NCBI GenBank assembly: GCA_025201805.1
Contig: MU619325.1
Location: 1-64,000 of the forward strand
DNA from: Parasitella parasitica NRRL 2501
Taxonomy: Eukaryota > Fungi > Mucoromycota
Reading direction: 5' to 3'
DNA length: 64,000 nucleotides
The position numbers and the translations under genes were made by a program. The notes under the pieces are model-generated. The model searched no databases, had not been told where the DNA came from, and worked only from the letters and a program-made list of their open reading frames with translations. Positions 24,704 to 38,768 of this stretch are shown here, piece by piece (position 1 is the first letter of the stretch; each line of letters begins with the position of its first letter).

Positions 24704-26142
24704 CAACACCATACATGCCTGCTTGAACACAAAAAAAAAAATCTTTGCTTTGTATAATATTAGTGCATCTACTGGATAGAAAATGCTATGGCCGTCGTTT
24801 TTTTTTTTCGAAATGGCTAAACACGGTGGACTGAAATGTCTGCCAAGATATACGATTACAAGGATTATCATGTCCATACATTATAGGGATATGGGATGGC
24901 TTAAAAATGCAAGCCGCAAATGCGAATTTAAAAATTTGACATGCTTGAAAGGAAGAACAAAACTGTGAGTAGATGGCACCAATTGCTACAAAATGTAGAA
25001 TTTTCATTTGCATAGTGCTTGATTATGTCTTTCAAAGCACAAAACAGCACTCAAGATAACCTCATATACTTTCAAATAGAAATCAAAAGAAATGTAAAAT
25101 TAAAACGCCAAGATACAATGGATAACCTTGCTTTTTTTTTCTAGTGATCTTTGCAGAGTTAGTGGAAAAAATGAGTATGCTATTTTTGTATTTAAATTTT
25201 ACAGATACTTGGCACATTTTCTAATGTGAAAAAGTTCACACCATACGTAACGCTACCTAGCCTTACATAAGGAAAATGAAGGTCCCTGGTCATGTATCTA
25301 GGGTTATTATGTAATTAACTTATTACTTGAAACAGGTAAAACAGAAGGTCCCGTTAATTTGAACAACCTTAAACTCCAACATGACCAATCATTGTATACA
25401 GCACACACTTGCGGCTTTTTTTTTTTTTTTCCAGGTTTGAAGAAGTCTAAAAGGATGGAACCAGAAAACAAGAGGTTGCACAAATTGCAGCTGAAAATAG
25501 AGGATATTCATCTCCATGTATCAAAAAAATCATTTGCTTGAAAATATAAGTCTCATGTCCTGTTAGACTTGGCCTAAGTCCAGTTTACTGCAAAAGTGCA
25601 ACTAAAACACGTATTTTCGTATGGATCCTAATGAGGCTAATTCGGGTTTCCCCGCCTTTTGTTTTCACCATTTTTCCCTCTGTGTAAAACGAAAAAATTC
25701 TTCCCAGAAGAATACAGCAAAAAAAGGGGGTATGTTTCTCATGTATTTGAGTGACAGCAGGTTTTGTTTGTAAATACTGCTGGCACTAAGCTTCTATTTC
25801 GAAATAATAAATCTGGGCATCGTTCGATATATGAGCCTTATATTATAATCTGCTAGAAAACATCCCAAAATTCTAACGCAAGATATGATGTAGTAGAAGA
25901 AAACTTACGAGAATGCCAGTGATATCTTTTTGCCGCATAGTAATAATCACATTGTGAGAAATGATCCCTGACGACCCGATGGAAATATCTCGTAATCAAG
26001 CATTTCCCGCCTTTATTCCAGTTTTGCAGTTTTCTCTTCAATTATAATTATAAATAGAGCAATAATAATAGGTTTCCCCAGACAAATTTGTTTCCTTTTT
26101 ATTATTTTTATTTTTATTTTACATTAGTGGTACGAAAAGCAT

Positions 26143-26958
26143 ATGATTTACGACGAAGAGAGACATTACAAATGCGATTTTTGCTATAAATCTTTTTATC
26201 GATTGGAACATAAAGTACGCCATGTTCGAACCCACACAGGAGAAAGGCCTCATGTCTGTAAATTTGATCACTGCGACAAGAGATTTGCACGATCTGACGA
26301 GCTTCAAAGACATATCCGAGTGCATAATTCACTATATACAGTCCAAGTTCGCCGCAGAAAGAAAACATCAATGCAGCCTGATGAGGAAGATTACATGCGG
26401 CAACAAAAGCATTGCTCGATTTTGCGCCTAGCTCCAGCTATAAACGCTTCACACGCTAATATGACTCCTCCTGTTCAGAAGCAAGATCAACAGCACCGAG
26501 CTCGTGGGTGTCGTGCTTTATCATCATCTGTGCTTCTCCATTGCTACGCTCCGGCTTGCTTCAAATCTTTCTGGAGAAAGGGCCAACTTGTTCGTCATCT
26601 AGGTCAACATCATGGCATTCATGTTACAAGAGATGATGTAACAGACAAGAGAAAGATGGCACAACTATTTGACAATCTTCCAAACTTAACACACACTCGC
26701 CGCTCTTCTGATATCTCTACGTCCTCATCGCTAACATCCTCTCCTGCATCAAACACTACTGCTGATCCCTGTGTATCTCCTCCGCCTATACTCCTTGAGC
26801 CATCTATCAATTTTGAAAACAATATGAGCGAGCCAAAGAGCAGGATTACTTTGCCATCATTCAGAGATGCAATCATACCTCTATCACTATCAACAGCTCA
26901 TCATGCCACATTTTCAAATTGTAAACTGCCGTCAATAAGAACCTTGTTTTCCAAGTGA
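26143..26958 (+). CDS. CreA/Mig1-like C2H2 zinc-finger transcription factor
   Basis: [31 protein letters not shown] matches the Mig1/CreA finger pair. C-terminal [13 protein letters not shown] repression-type motifs. Extra third finger CYAPAC..H..H. Confidence 0.8.
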   Translation: MIYDEERHYKCDFCYKSFYRLEHKVRHVRTHTGERPHVCKFDHCDKRFARSDELQRHIRVHNSLYTVQVRRRKKTSMQPDEEDYMRQQKHCSILRLAPAINASHANMTPPVQKQDQQHRARGCRALSSSVLLHCYAPACFKSFWRKGQLVRHLGQHHGIHVTRDDVTDKRKMAQLFDNLPNLTHTRRSSDISTSSSLTSSPASNTTADPCVSPPPILLEPSINFENNMSEPKSRITLPSFRDAIIPLSLSTAHHATFSNCKLPSIRTLFSK

Positions 26959-28109
26959 TTTTGTATATATTAATTCCCTTCCTCTTTGTGTACAGCATTT
27001 TCATAAATTCCAAAAAACGAGACTAATTTGGTCAAATGTTTAAATCTAATTTGCCCAACAGTTTGAAAAATAAATTACTTGGTTTTGAGACCAAATAATA
27101 AAGCGGTTATAAAGGTACTTTCTTTCAAGTATTTAGAGGATATATTGATCAAGTGTTGAGTGTAATTTATTATGTATTCAGTAGGAACAACCTTGCTGCC
27201 TACAGTTCCTCTTGAAAAAAAGTGTTCTTGTAATTGTAAATTTGGCATTTCTGACTTAGTACTTGGTTGAAGACCTAGAGATAAATCTACACTGTCCCAG
27301 TTTCGAAAGAAGATATTCAAGCAATTTAAGAGCACAACTACCCCTCAAAAGTAAAAATTAGGCTACTTGATCCACTTTTGACGGTCAAGCCCGAAGAAAC
27401 TATATTTAACGATAACGTAACCTTTCCAACAGCACTTATTAGTTCCATCTTCACATCCAATGACACAATTGCCAATGATGTGCCCAATTATGAATAAGCA
27501 TGATTGTACTCTATAAAAAAAATGGCACCACCTAATATCGAGAGTCGTGAACTTGTAAAAGACTGAATATTTCTTTGTATAAGACTAAATTAGCATTAAA
27601 GATCTATATAATAAGACATCAGTGGTTATAACATCTTTATATACAAGATTATCGCATCATTAGAAATAATATTAAAACCTAAAATGAACTTTTTTTTTTT
27701 GCAAATAAATTATGCGAAAAGTATCCTCCCAAAAAAAATTTGTATAAAGCATAGATTCGGTACAATGATGTAGACAACTATATGGACCGAATATGGAATC
27801 ATCATAATTGAAATTCTAACGACAGCGACCGAGAATCTACAAAGATTGTCATGATATATATATATCATCGCATCAATTATTTAAAAGCCAAGTTATCTAT
27901 CAGTCCCTGCATTTTTTATATAGTTTGAAAGATTCAATGAAGAACTCTCAACTGATAAAAAATACCGGGAATTAAATAATTTGACAGCTACATCCATCCA
28001 TGGCAGAATCATCGCCTCCTTTGTTATCCTCAGGGCGAAATGTAGGCTTCCTTACCAATAAATTACTGTTTTCTTTAAATCTATACTTTTATTATATTAT
28101 TTACACGAT

Positions 28110-28638
28110 TTATTTCTTCTTATGTTCATCCTCCATCCTTGCTTGCAACTCATCATTGATCTTCTTTAATTTGGATCTCTCTTCTTCAGTTCCTCTGAAA
28201 CGCCATCCCTTCAATTTTCGACCTGCAGCTTTCGAGCCAAGTTTACCTTGCTCTTGATCCAACTTGCACCATTCTGGCTCCGTGGGCCAATGAAACGGTT
28301 CGTCAAGGGTGACAATAGCCTTTTTATAAGCAGATGATTGAACTTCCATCTTACCATTTCGTGCCTTCTTGTGAACAGTTGCGTAGTTCATAGTGCGCAC
28401 TTCCTGGACATTGACGCCATAAATATTGGTTAAATAAGAGTGGATGTCAAACTTGTTGCAGCTGGGTGGCACACGGAAAGCAACTTGGTTAGGTTGAAGA
28501 TTAGGTGCTCTGACTAATTTGAATACAATGTTGGGTAAATAAACTTTGTCTGCACAAAAAGAAAACCAGTTAGTTGATCATATTATGATGTTGCCCGACC
28601 ATGAACATACTAAGCCCTTGACGAAAAGTAGTAGCCAT
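28110..28638 (-). CDS. Mitochondrial ribosomal protein uL23m (Mrp20-like)
   Basis: Spliced MATTFRQGL/NKVYLPN..VAFRVP..NKFDIHSYLTNIYGV.V..VRT..YKKAIVTLDEPFHWP. Confidence 0.92.
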
Positions 28639-29058
28639 CGTATTCCACTTCTTTTTGTACGAAAGCGAGAGAAAAAGATAAACAAGGTAGGGGGGGCGTT
28701 TGTCGGCTTGTCTAAATCTCAGGGAGTCACACAATGGCAGCGATCCTCTTCTTCTACCCATGGCTATTGATTGGCTTTGAGCGTGGAAAATTTGGCAATT
28801 CACTACAATTGCGTACAATACGACATGCATGGAGAACTGACAAAATCTACCGTTAAGATTAACGAAACTCAAGACATCTTGAACAACATTTTCTTTCAGA
28901 ACGCAATGATTTATGGAAGAGGACCTGGCTTTTTTGTCAGCTTAAAGCTTTGGAATTTTACTCGTGCCCCCCCATCTTACCCTAATTTCCCCGTTCCTTT
29001 AATATTTTGCTTTTTTGTCTCTTTTTCCATTTTTTTCAAGGAACAATATATCATTCCA

Positions 29059-30367
29059 ATGCCTTCATATATCACTTCCTCAAGACTGAGTGCTAATGAA
29101 ACAGCGCTATGTGGTGGGTTTGCTGGTTTGACGACTAGGTAACAACTGATGGATTCAAATATAACTGCACCTTACTGAATTGGTTCTTTAGGATGGCTAT
29201 TTCCCCACTAGATGTTGTAAAGATTCGACTACAAGTTCAGCCAGAACCTTACACATTAAAGCGGATGTTTTCCAACCAAGGCAGAACCAACATCAAGTAT
29301 TCAGGCATCCTTCAAGCGTTCAGGACCATAATAACAGAAGAAGGAATAAGGGTAAGTTTATACTGGATTTCAACCTGATCTCACCTTATATAATGAAACC
29401 TTGACAACTCAGGGCCTTTTCAAGGGAAATGTTGCTGCAGAATGGCTCTATGTCACTTATGGGGCATCTCAATTCTATGCTTATTACTATCTAGATTCGT
29501 TTTTGAAAACTGTAACTACAACCTAAACAATGTGACAATACCACAATGACACACTAACAGCCTTAGCCTTATGCTAAATAGCAAAATCAATTATCACCCT
29601 CCTTCAAACCGTTTGTTTCAGGTATGCTTGCTGGTAGTTTTGCGACTGCAGCAACGTATCCTTTTGATCTATTACGCACGCGATTTGCAATGCAAGGTAC
29701 CCACAAGGTAAGTCCATTTTATGTATATGCTGAAACGGCGTAACAAATCGGCTGTAATAGGTATATAACAGTATAGCACATGCCATATCGGATATATATG
29801 AAAAAGAAGGAGCCCGTGGTTTTTACCGCGGCTTATGGCCATCTATTACTCAAATCATGCCTTACATGGGCCTCATGTTCTTTAGTTATGAGGGATTATG
29901 CTCGATTACTCAAACGCTCAAGGTATATCAATATATAAACAGTAGGCTATACCGGTGTGCTGAACAGTAAGGTTTGGATATAGGATAAAAACGTCATTTC
30001 AGAAAATCACAAACGAACAGATGATATGATTTGCGGATCACTTGCGGGTATCATCAGTAAGACGGGCGTATTTCCACTAGATGTTGTCAGAAAGCGATTA
30101 CAAGTCCAGGGGCCTCATTTAATGGAATATGCAGTATCAACCATTCCCAGCTATGCGCAACAAACCACAGTATTTGGTTGTATGCGTAAAATTGTATATA
30201 CAGAGGGCGTACTTGGGTTGTACAAAGGCATTGTTCCTGGATTATTGAAAGCAGGTCCTTCAGGTGCCGTTTATTTTTTGATGTTTGAACTCGCAAAAGA
30301 CGTAATTACGAATTTGAAAGATTCAGGGTTTCGTATAATTCCCGATAAATCCGTATTCAGTGTCTAA
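29059..30367 (+). CDS. TPC1: Mitochondrial thiamine pyrophosphate carrier
   Basis: [54 protein letters not shown] are typical of Tpc1/SLC25A19; five introns. Confidence 0.88.
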
Positions 30368-31821
30368 TAATCCTTAATCTATACATATATACCAATTCAT
30401 CGCCACCGTCATCATGTATCACTCTAATATAATATACCCTTTTTTTTTTTAAATAAAACATAACTTTCAAATATAAAATGATGGGAAGGAGGTACTTGAA
30501 AATAGTGAGAAGGAAACCTAAAATTACAAAAAGAAAAAATAGCTTCTTGGAAAGATCAAATAGTATCGGCTCAAGATATGGAGGTTAAGGCTTCATGAAA
30601 AGTTGTCTGCTAAAAAACATTAATTTTATTACAAAAAAATGCATTTATTTACGTGCAGCGTTTCATAAAAGACAAAGCAAGCCATACTTTATGCTTTCCC
30701 AATGATGCTATCAATAAGGGCTATCTTATGAGCACTTTATTTCCTTTGGGCAAAGTGCGCATATGAAAAGATACGCGCAAAAAAGATATTTTCTGCTCAT
30801 TTAATCATGAAAATTTCTGCCAACTTGTGACGAAGTATAGTTATCTAGTATAGCCGAGTAAAAAGCCTTACTATATTTAATGACAAAGGTTAGCGTTCCT
30901 AAATGCTAATATTGCTATCGAATGTGTCGATAATACTCAATGTATATGATAAGAGACAGTTTGTAATTGCATATTAAACTTGTATATAAATGAACGACGA
31001 TTGGTAGTGACAGATCAAATTGTATTAAGGGACGATCAAGTTTTATAATGTTCTTTGACGAGACATTTTCATAAAAGTTCCTTATTTACGATGTTCTGTG
31101 CTTATTTAGAATAATATAGATGCGTTAAAACGTACACAAGGATACATCAGGTAGTATGAATAATTACATAATAAGCCGCTCAACGAAGATCAGACATGGA
31201 AGCAATACCAAGGTTAATATTCATAATTGACAAGTTTAAATACTTGTTAGGCCAAATACTGTATATTATCTCGTATGACCTCATTATAGATATTGGAAAC
31301 TCAATCATTGATATTGTGAACCTGTCAAACTAAACAAACACCCACTAAACGAGTCAATAGTTCAATCCAAGTAGACATTAGTTCTAATACTTCTTTGAAT
31401 TTACTTTCATGGTATCGGGTGGTGTCATTGACTATGTACAACAAAATCTTTGGCTTCAATAAATAATGCGCATCAAGCAAGACCTGTACGTTTATAGTCG
31501 ATACCTTTTTAAACAAGTCGTGCGTATATAACCAAATGTATAATATCAACAAAACGTATGAAATGTACTTGGAACCTGATTTTTATAACCCATAGAGTCA
31601 TATGTATGGGGTCCAGTGAAATATATGCTGTATATTGTAACGAGAACTTGAGGTTCCAAACATTATCAGCAGATTGTTCTTTGCGACTGTTACCACATTG
31701 TATTACTCTAAATCTGATGCTTTTAATAGTAGCACTTCAACTGTCTTGTATATTTCTTTCTTTTTTCCTTCCCCCCCCCCCTGATAATACCCTTTACGAA
31801 GCTCGAACAGAAAAAAGAAAA

Positions 31822-32683
31822 ATGAGAAATAAGCTTCCTAAAAGAGCAAAATTGGTCGTGGTTGGCGATGGTGCCTGTGGAAAGACATGCTTATTATACG
31901 TTTACACAAAACAAGGTTTTCCAAAGGTACTACGATATAAAAAAGCCTAGTAAAAACTGACTTTGTTTCAATATAGCATTATGTGCCCACAGTCTTTCAA
32001 TCCTTTGTAGGAGAGGTAGATCTAGATGGAGAAGTTTTAGAATTGGCCTTATGGGACACTGCAGGTACGTAAATAAACGCACACATACTTGGCATACCAT
32101 TATAAAAGCGAATTCCTTTAATATCTTGTAATAATAAAAATTTACAGGCCAAGAAGATTATGATCGTCTACGCCCTTTGTCATACCCAAACACTCATGTG
32201 ATACTTCTATGCTTTGCTGTTGATTCACCTGACTCTCTCGACAATGTTCAGGAAAAAGCAAGCTTTATTTTGCTGCAGATTCACATGCGTTTATTGATTA
32301 TATTTATATTTAAAAATTTATAGTGGATCACAGAATTATACACATACATACCAAATGTTCCCGTCATATTAGTTGGTTGTAAGAAGGATCTACGAGCCGA
32401 TGAAAAGACTGTTGAGGAGCTGCGTCAAATAGGACAAAAGCCCGTATCTTTCAAAGAGGTTTGTGTATATTACTAATACAACATAATTGCCTTATCAAAC
32501 ATATAAAACCAAACACGGTAGGGAAAGGCTGCTGCAGAAGCTATAAAAGCTGAAAAATACATGGAGTGTTCTGCTAAACTAGATCAAGGTGTTCAGGACA
32601 TATTTTATTTAGCAGCAAAACTAGGAAGCAATTACATTGATAAAAGAGATAACAAAAAGAGAAAGGGCTGCATATGCCTATGA
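31822..32683 (+). CDS. Rho-family GTPase (divergent Rho1-like)
   Basis: [43 protein letters not shown], polybasic tail plus CaaX (CICL); four introns, one of them GC-AG. Confidence 0.95.
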
Positions 32684-32699
32684 AATAAAACAATTTATT

Positions 32700-34674
32700 C
32701 TATTCATGTTTTGGGATCACTTTATAGGGATTCATTATTCCATTAGGGTCAATGGCATTCTTGAGAGTTCTCATCAAGGCGAGCTGAGCTGGGGATTTAG
32801 CACGGTTCATATAATTCACCTTAGAAACGCCAACTCCATGCTCTGCTGTAATAGACCCTTTGTTTTTCACTATCATATAAATGCTTTAGCATATTGCCAT
32901 AAGTTAGATTCTTTTATATCAGCTTACTGGCCCACGAAAAGACAAACTCGTCCATTGCCTCTTGCCCGTGCTCGTCAAATCCATCTAGGTTAGCCATAAT
33001 ATGTAGATTCTATTGGCATAAATGTTGGTATCCTCGGCTGACTTCTCATCTTCAATACTTACACCATCCCCAACATGTCCAAATCCTAATAGATTTGAGT
33101 AAAGTTTGCCAGCACCCAGTTGATTTTTTTCTCCAAAATGTCTTTTCGCATCTTCCACCATTTTGTATAAAAGAGGCACTTCCATAGCTACATCATAAGT
33201 CATGGCTGTGCCGCTCTTGGAAATGGATTCGGGTATCTTCTCTCTCCAACTCCAAAGTGAATTCACTTGCTTGGCGTCCTGAGCCATTACACCATCGTTT
33301 GCCACTCCAGTCTCTAATAAACGCCCTATATATTCGTCTAGTTTTTCTTGGTCATGCTCTTGTTTACTTCCTTGCGTCTCTAATAAAGCATAAAACGCAT
33401 ACTCTCTATTAATTGGGTAGTTGTCATCCTGCATCATTTGAGACTTGACAACACCTACAGAATCATGATCCCAAAACTCGAAAGCTATGTTGTATAAATA
33501 TATAGATACACATAATGATTAGTCAACTGCCTTCCAATGTCTGAATTTGCTTAAACTGTATATGTATACATTTTTACCTGATAAAATCTCGGACAAATCC
33601 TCCTTTGCCATCACAAAAGCTTTCTGGACATTTTCAAATGAATCGAGACCTATCATAGCGACATTCACAGCCTATAACCATGCAAGTGTTATTCAATACT
33701 TTTTCTCGCACTTTTCACTACTAATCCTCTCACTTTGGGGCGTCTAGGCGTCAAAAGGGAGACACCAGTGACCAGACCCAATGTTCCTTCTGCTCCAATA
33801 AATAGTTGCTTCAAGTCATAGCCTGTATTGTCCTTTCGCAGCGTTGATAAACCCTCGAGAATGGTGCCATCCGGTAACACCTGTCCTCGTGTATTAGACA
33901 CTGCATAGGCGCTCCTCAACTTGCACTACTTACCACTTCAAGACCCAAAACATTACCATGCAAATTACCAAAGCGCATCAAGCGTAAACCGCCAGCGTTG
34001 GTACTTACATTCCCACCTATTTGACAGGATCCCTTTGCTCCCAAGTCTAAAGGAACAGTATATCCTTTAGGCTCCAAATACTGATCCAATGCCTCCAAGA
34101 CAACACCGCAGTCAACTACAGCAGCACCTGATACTGCATCAAAATGACGGATTTTGTTCATTTTTGACGTATTTACAATGATTTCGTCAAAAACTGGAAT
34201 CGCTCCGCCACTAACGCCTGTATTTCCACCCTGAGGTACGATAGCCAAGCGTTTTTTGTTGCAGTATTTCAAGATTTGCGATACTTGATCTGTAGTAGTT
34301 GGAAATAGACAAAGACTAAAATTGAATTTTAGTATATACATGGTGAAACCGCAACCTGGACTTACGATGATGAGCCTCTGTACAAATTGAACCAATCCGT
34401 GTTGTATTGAAGTAAGTTGCTGCCTTCTTGGTCAAATTCGTGCACAATATCGGTTGGTGCTAATATTGTCTTGAAGAAAGCAATGTCCTTATCCGCAATC
34501 TTGAGTTCACGGGTGATGGGGATTAATAGGGTTGCTCTTGATCACTTTTTATCTATCACTTACTTTGCGAAATGCAGGATTTCGCTGGAATTCTGGGTGT
34601 TTTACGTGCGTTAAAGGTGTCAATGCTCTATGCATTATAGACCTAGTTGAGTGGATTAATCTTTTTTGAAGCAT
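32700..34674 (-). CDS. DLD2: Mitochondrial FAD-linked D-2-hydroxyglutarate/D-lactate dehydrogenase (Dld2-like)
   Basis: [75 protein letters not shown]. Confidence 0.93.
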
Positions 34675-36421
34675 AATTGTATGCTGTTCAAAGGAGAAAG
34701 GAAGAAAGAAGAGAAGCTAGTATATGCAAAAAAAAAAAAAAAAACCAGAACAATACTTCAAAGCTTTAACGTTAAAGTTTGATGTTCTGTGACTCATGAA
34801 TAACTATCTATACATGTTAACCGATAAACAGGGAAAGAAATCGCGAAGGTGTTAAGCTTCGAGGTTTGCCATTTGTCAAATTTATTGAGAATGTCAACAT
34901 GAAATCAGTACCTCTGACATTTAAACACTTGAATGCGAATGATTTCATTTTAAGAATTGTCCCAGTAATCTAAACAATGGGTGATTTTAAGCAATCGATG
35001 AAGCATCGCGCATCGAGATAAAAAGAGCCTCTTTATTGAATTATTATTTGTGGATATTTACTGACTATGCATTGATGCATTGTCGATTGCATGTAGGATG
35101 AACGATATCGTGTATATGCAATGTTTTTGAGACCATGTAATACATTCAATGAGTATAAATTACCAAATGTGTGTTTTTTTTTGTTTTTGTTAATATGGCC
35201 TATTTTGTGTATGAATTATCGTGTAATTAGTTTTTTTTAAAGCTTCGGAATAGCTGAACGAATTGAAATTGTTGCTCAATTGAGTTCATGAAGCAGAAGG
35301 TGATAACTAGTGCGTGGCCATCTGCTCACACGCTTCAATTAAACGCTGTTTCTAGCTGTTATACTACCACAAAAAGGAAAAAAATGTGTTTTACTGTAGA
35401 TTGTGTCGTACACATGCAAGAAGGAGTATTGCATAGCAATACCACTTTTGACGGATATTGCAACAAAAACAATAGCACATGACAGAGTAAACGATTCAGA
35501 CAAGATAATATGTAGATTATGGACTGTATTCAAAATAATAGCAATCGTATTTACATTATGCTAAGAGTCTAAAGGAAATTCTATAAAATTTGTCAAATTC
35601 ACATTTGATCCAGATGAAATTAGATGTAAACATACATAAAAGAAGAGTATCATGAATGATCCTTTGACAAATGTTCTAGAAATAATCAAAAAAAAAAGGC
35701 CACACTTCTCATGATCAAATAAGAAGACAACCATATGGCAAAATGCATACCAACCTTTGCCTCAATAACTATGACTGCAATATGCATGTACCAAGTCTAA
35801 TTTAAGCGCTGCAGGCTATGAGTCAAATGTTGCGAGCATGGAAGTAGTGTGAGCCTGCTGCAGAACCGAAATACAAATATACAGGTCTATATGTCGGAAT
35901 TGAACAGGCCTTGAACAGAACCTACCACTATCAACGACGGAGAGAAGGCAAGTATTTAGATTTTGGTATCCGCAACTTTGATCAGCATCCGGTTGTCTCA
36001 ATTACTCTAATATAACGTCCCTCGTGTAAGTTGTTGTGGATGTATATATGCGATCACAAGGAAGAAATATGCATAATATAATTTTAATACTTGGATCACA
36101 AGAGAATTCACTCCACATTGACGCAAATCGCCCATTGAAAATCAATCTAATTGTATTTATGGATGTTTCTCTAGTTCAAAATGTTCTTGAAACTGCCATT
36201 TTTGTACCAAAGCACCATTTCAATTGGTGTAAAAATGTACAGGATTCTCCAGCCAGTTTTACTGAATTGATGTGACTCGAATCCCCTTCTTGTTTCTGTG
36301 CATCCAAGGTATACCCCCCCCCTTTCCCCTGAAATTTCTTTAAGCTTTGATACATAGATAAATAATTCATCTCTCTCGTTTTTTTTCTCTTTTTTTTTCT
36401 CATTCAATTTTCTATATTGCA

Positions 36422-38132
36422 ATGACTAGTAAAGATTCGCTCAATTTGAGAAATAACAGTGCTTGGACAAGAGCTCGTTATTCCCGTATGGGTGTTGCAT
36501 GTGTTGTAGCTCTCACTCTCTTTACGTAAGTAAACGATCTTTGTACAAGGCACAAATCTAAAAATCGATATTTTTCCAGTGACATGTTGGTCTATGGTGT
36601 CGTTATTCCTTGTCTCCCAATACTGGTCATTGATAGACTCGAAGGAGATTCTACAATGGTTGGATTCTTGTTTGGTTGTTATGGTAATGTCATTATGTCA
36701 CTCTATGTACTGCAAACTGAATTCATCAAACATGTACTAAATGTTAGTTTTGTTTAGCATTTGGCCTATTATTAGCAACTCCTGTGTTTGCGATTTTGTC
36801 AGACCGTTATCAAAATAGAAGGTACCCCATGATGGGTGGCATGCTGGGTTTGGGGATTTCCACATTGGCATTTGCAGAAGCAGATACATATGCATTGCTA
36901 GTGTTGGCTCGTGTAGCTCAAGGTGTCGCTGGTGGCGCTTCATGGTGAGTGGCTTTTGATTTGACATTGTAGAGCTTTGTTCTAATTCCAACATATATCA
37001 GGACCATTGGCCTGGGATTGTTAGCAGATGTATTTCCAACAAATACTCTAGGTACTGTCATGGGCACAGTCTTGACCGCACACACAGTCGGATTTGCATT
37101 AGGTCCCGGAATTGGAGGTGCTTTATATGAATATGGTGGCATGGAAGCTCCTTTCTTTTTTTGCGCCGGATTCGCTGTACTCAATTTCTTGGCTATCCTC
37201 TGGTTAGCAGAGCCCAAGCATAACCACATTGAAGAGACACAAGATCATGTTTCACGAGCACAAGAAGACATTGATGAAACTACGCCTCTAGTTAACAATA
37301 GCAACATCTCTAGATCTAGGGACAAGAAGCCATTGACAATGATTGATCTGCTAAAGAATTGGCGTATTTTGTCATGCGTCTTGTGTGTTACTGTCAGTGC
37401 ATCTGTTTTTGCTGGTATTGAGCCTGCATTACCAATTCATTTGCAGAAAACATTCAACGCTTCTGCATCTACTATTGGCTTAATCTTTGTAGCTATGGTT
37501 GTTCCAGCCTTCCTTGCCCCTATAATCGGCCATTTGTCTGACAAGGTAAATGCAGTAAAATTGAAGCACAGCATGTGCATGTCATGTATATTAAATTGTG
37601 TTTGTATGACACATAGATTGGTAGACAAGTTATTTCAGCCACTGGCATGCTCTTGATGGCCGTCGCTTCACCACTAGTTGCACTCCAATATACATCCATA
37701 TATTGGATTATACCTCCACTTATGGCCTTTGGTCTCTCTAGTCCTGTCACACTAACACCCATTTTACCAGAGATGGGCGAAACTGTGAGTGATATGGTAA
37801 GGGAAAGAATATGCTGTAAATATGTTGATTGTTAGATTAATTTTTTGCTTTAAAATAGGGCGGTGCTGCATATGCTCAAGGTATTTTTTATTGACAAACT
37901 GTATATTGAAGTACATAAGCTAATTTACATTCAAATAGTTTACGCATTGTACAACATGGCTTACTCCATTGGTATGTTCATCGGTCCTGTGGTTGCTGGT
38001 TTAATTATGTCTGCTGCTGACTTTGAGACGTTAATGCTGGTATTTGGTGTTTCCCTCATTATTTGCAGCCCTGTCATGGTCAATTGGGGTGCTGTATATA
38101 GAAAAATCATTGCATTGTTCCGTGGCAACTAA
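36422..38132 (+). CDS. MFS transporter, SLC18/vesicular amine transporter-like (DHA1)
   Basis: Spliced TDMLVYGVVIP, FAILSDRYQNRR, ARVAQGVAGG, GFALGPGIGGALY, EPALP, VYALYNMAYSIGMFIGP. Confidence 0.85.
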
Positions 38133-38768
38133 ATTGAAATTGCTTTCTTTCTCTTGCTTTATTACAATACCTCTTTTTCATTACTAATACATCAATAAAG
38201 CAAGTATAAACTTGTAAATATAAACTTGCGTTTGTTGCATTTCAATCTGCAGTTGTTTTGTTTTCAAAGCGCATGCTCTCATGTTCAAAAGTGCCATCCA
38301 GCAGACCGGCGATCGCAAAATGCACTCATTTAATCCTAATTATATTATTATCCAAAATTGGGCGTAATGATATTTCTTTGGAATAAAGTTCGTGTAAAGT
38401 ATACATAGTGGAGGCCTTTATGTCTCTCATAAAAAGCATCGAATCTTTATACAGAACTTTTAGGTTCGGTAAACCACGACTCAAACGAAGATGACCTCAA
38501 TATATGTACTTGACAAAGTATCCATAAATATAAATTATCGAGCCACAATAGTCATTTTGGCGCTTGCACAATACAGTATTCCCACGTTATGGAGCAATGT
38601 ATCAGTACTTTTGTGCACCAAGTTTCAACTTACATTCAACATATTTCGGTTACAATTAATAAATTTTTGTCAGACACGACAGACGCTTTATTGGTGTAAA
38701 TTTGACAGTTTTTTCATTTTTTTTTTTTTTCCATTCATTTGGTTTCTTTCCACAAAACAACGGCTACA

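Noticed and set aside
29059-30367. Carrier gene as the mating-locus flanking transporter tptA
   Set aside because: It is an SLC25 thiamine pyrophosphate carrier, not a triose-phosphate transporter, and no HMG sex gene or RNA helicase is nearby.
32660-32702. Stop read-through of DLD2 giving a PTS1-like NKL
   Set aside because: NKL is not followed by a stop, and the context is not TGA-CTA.
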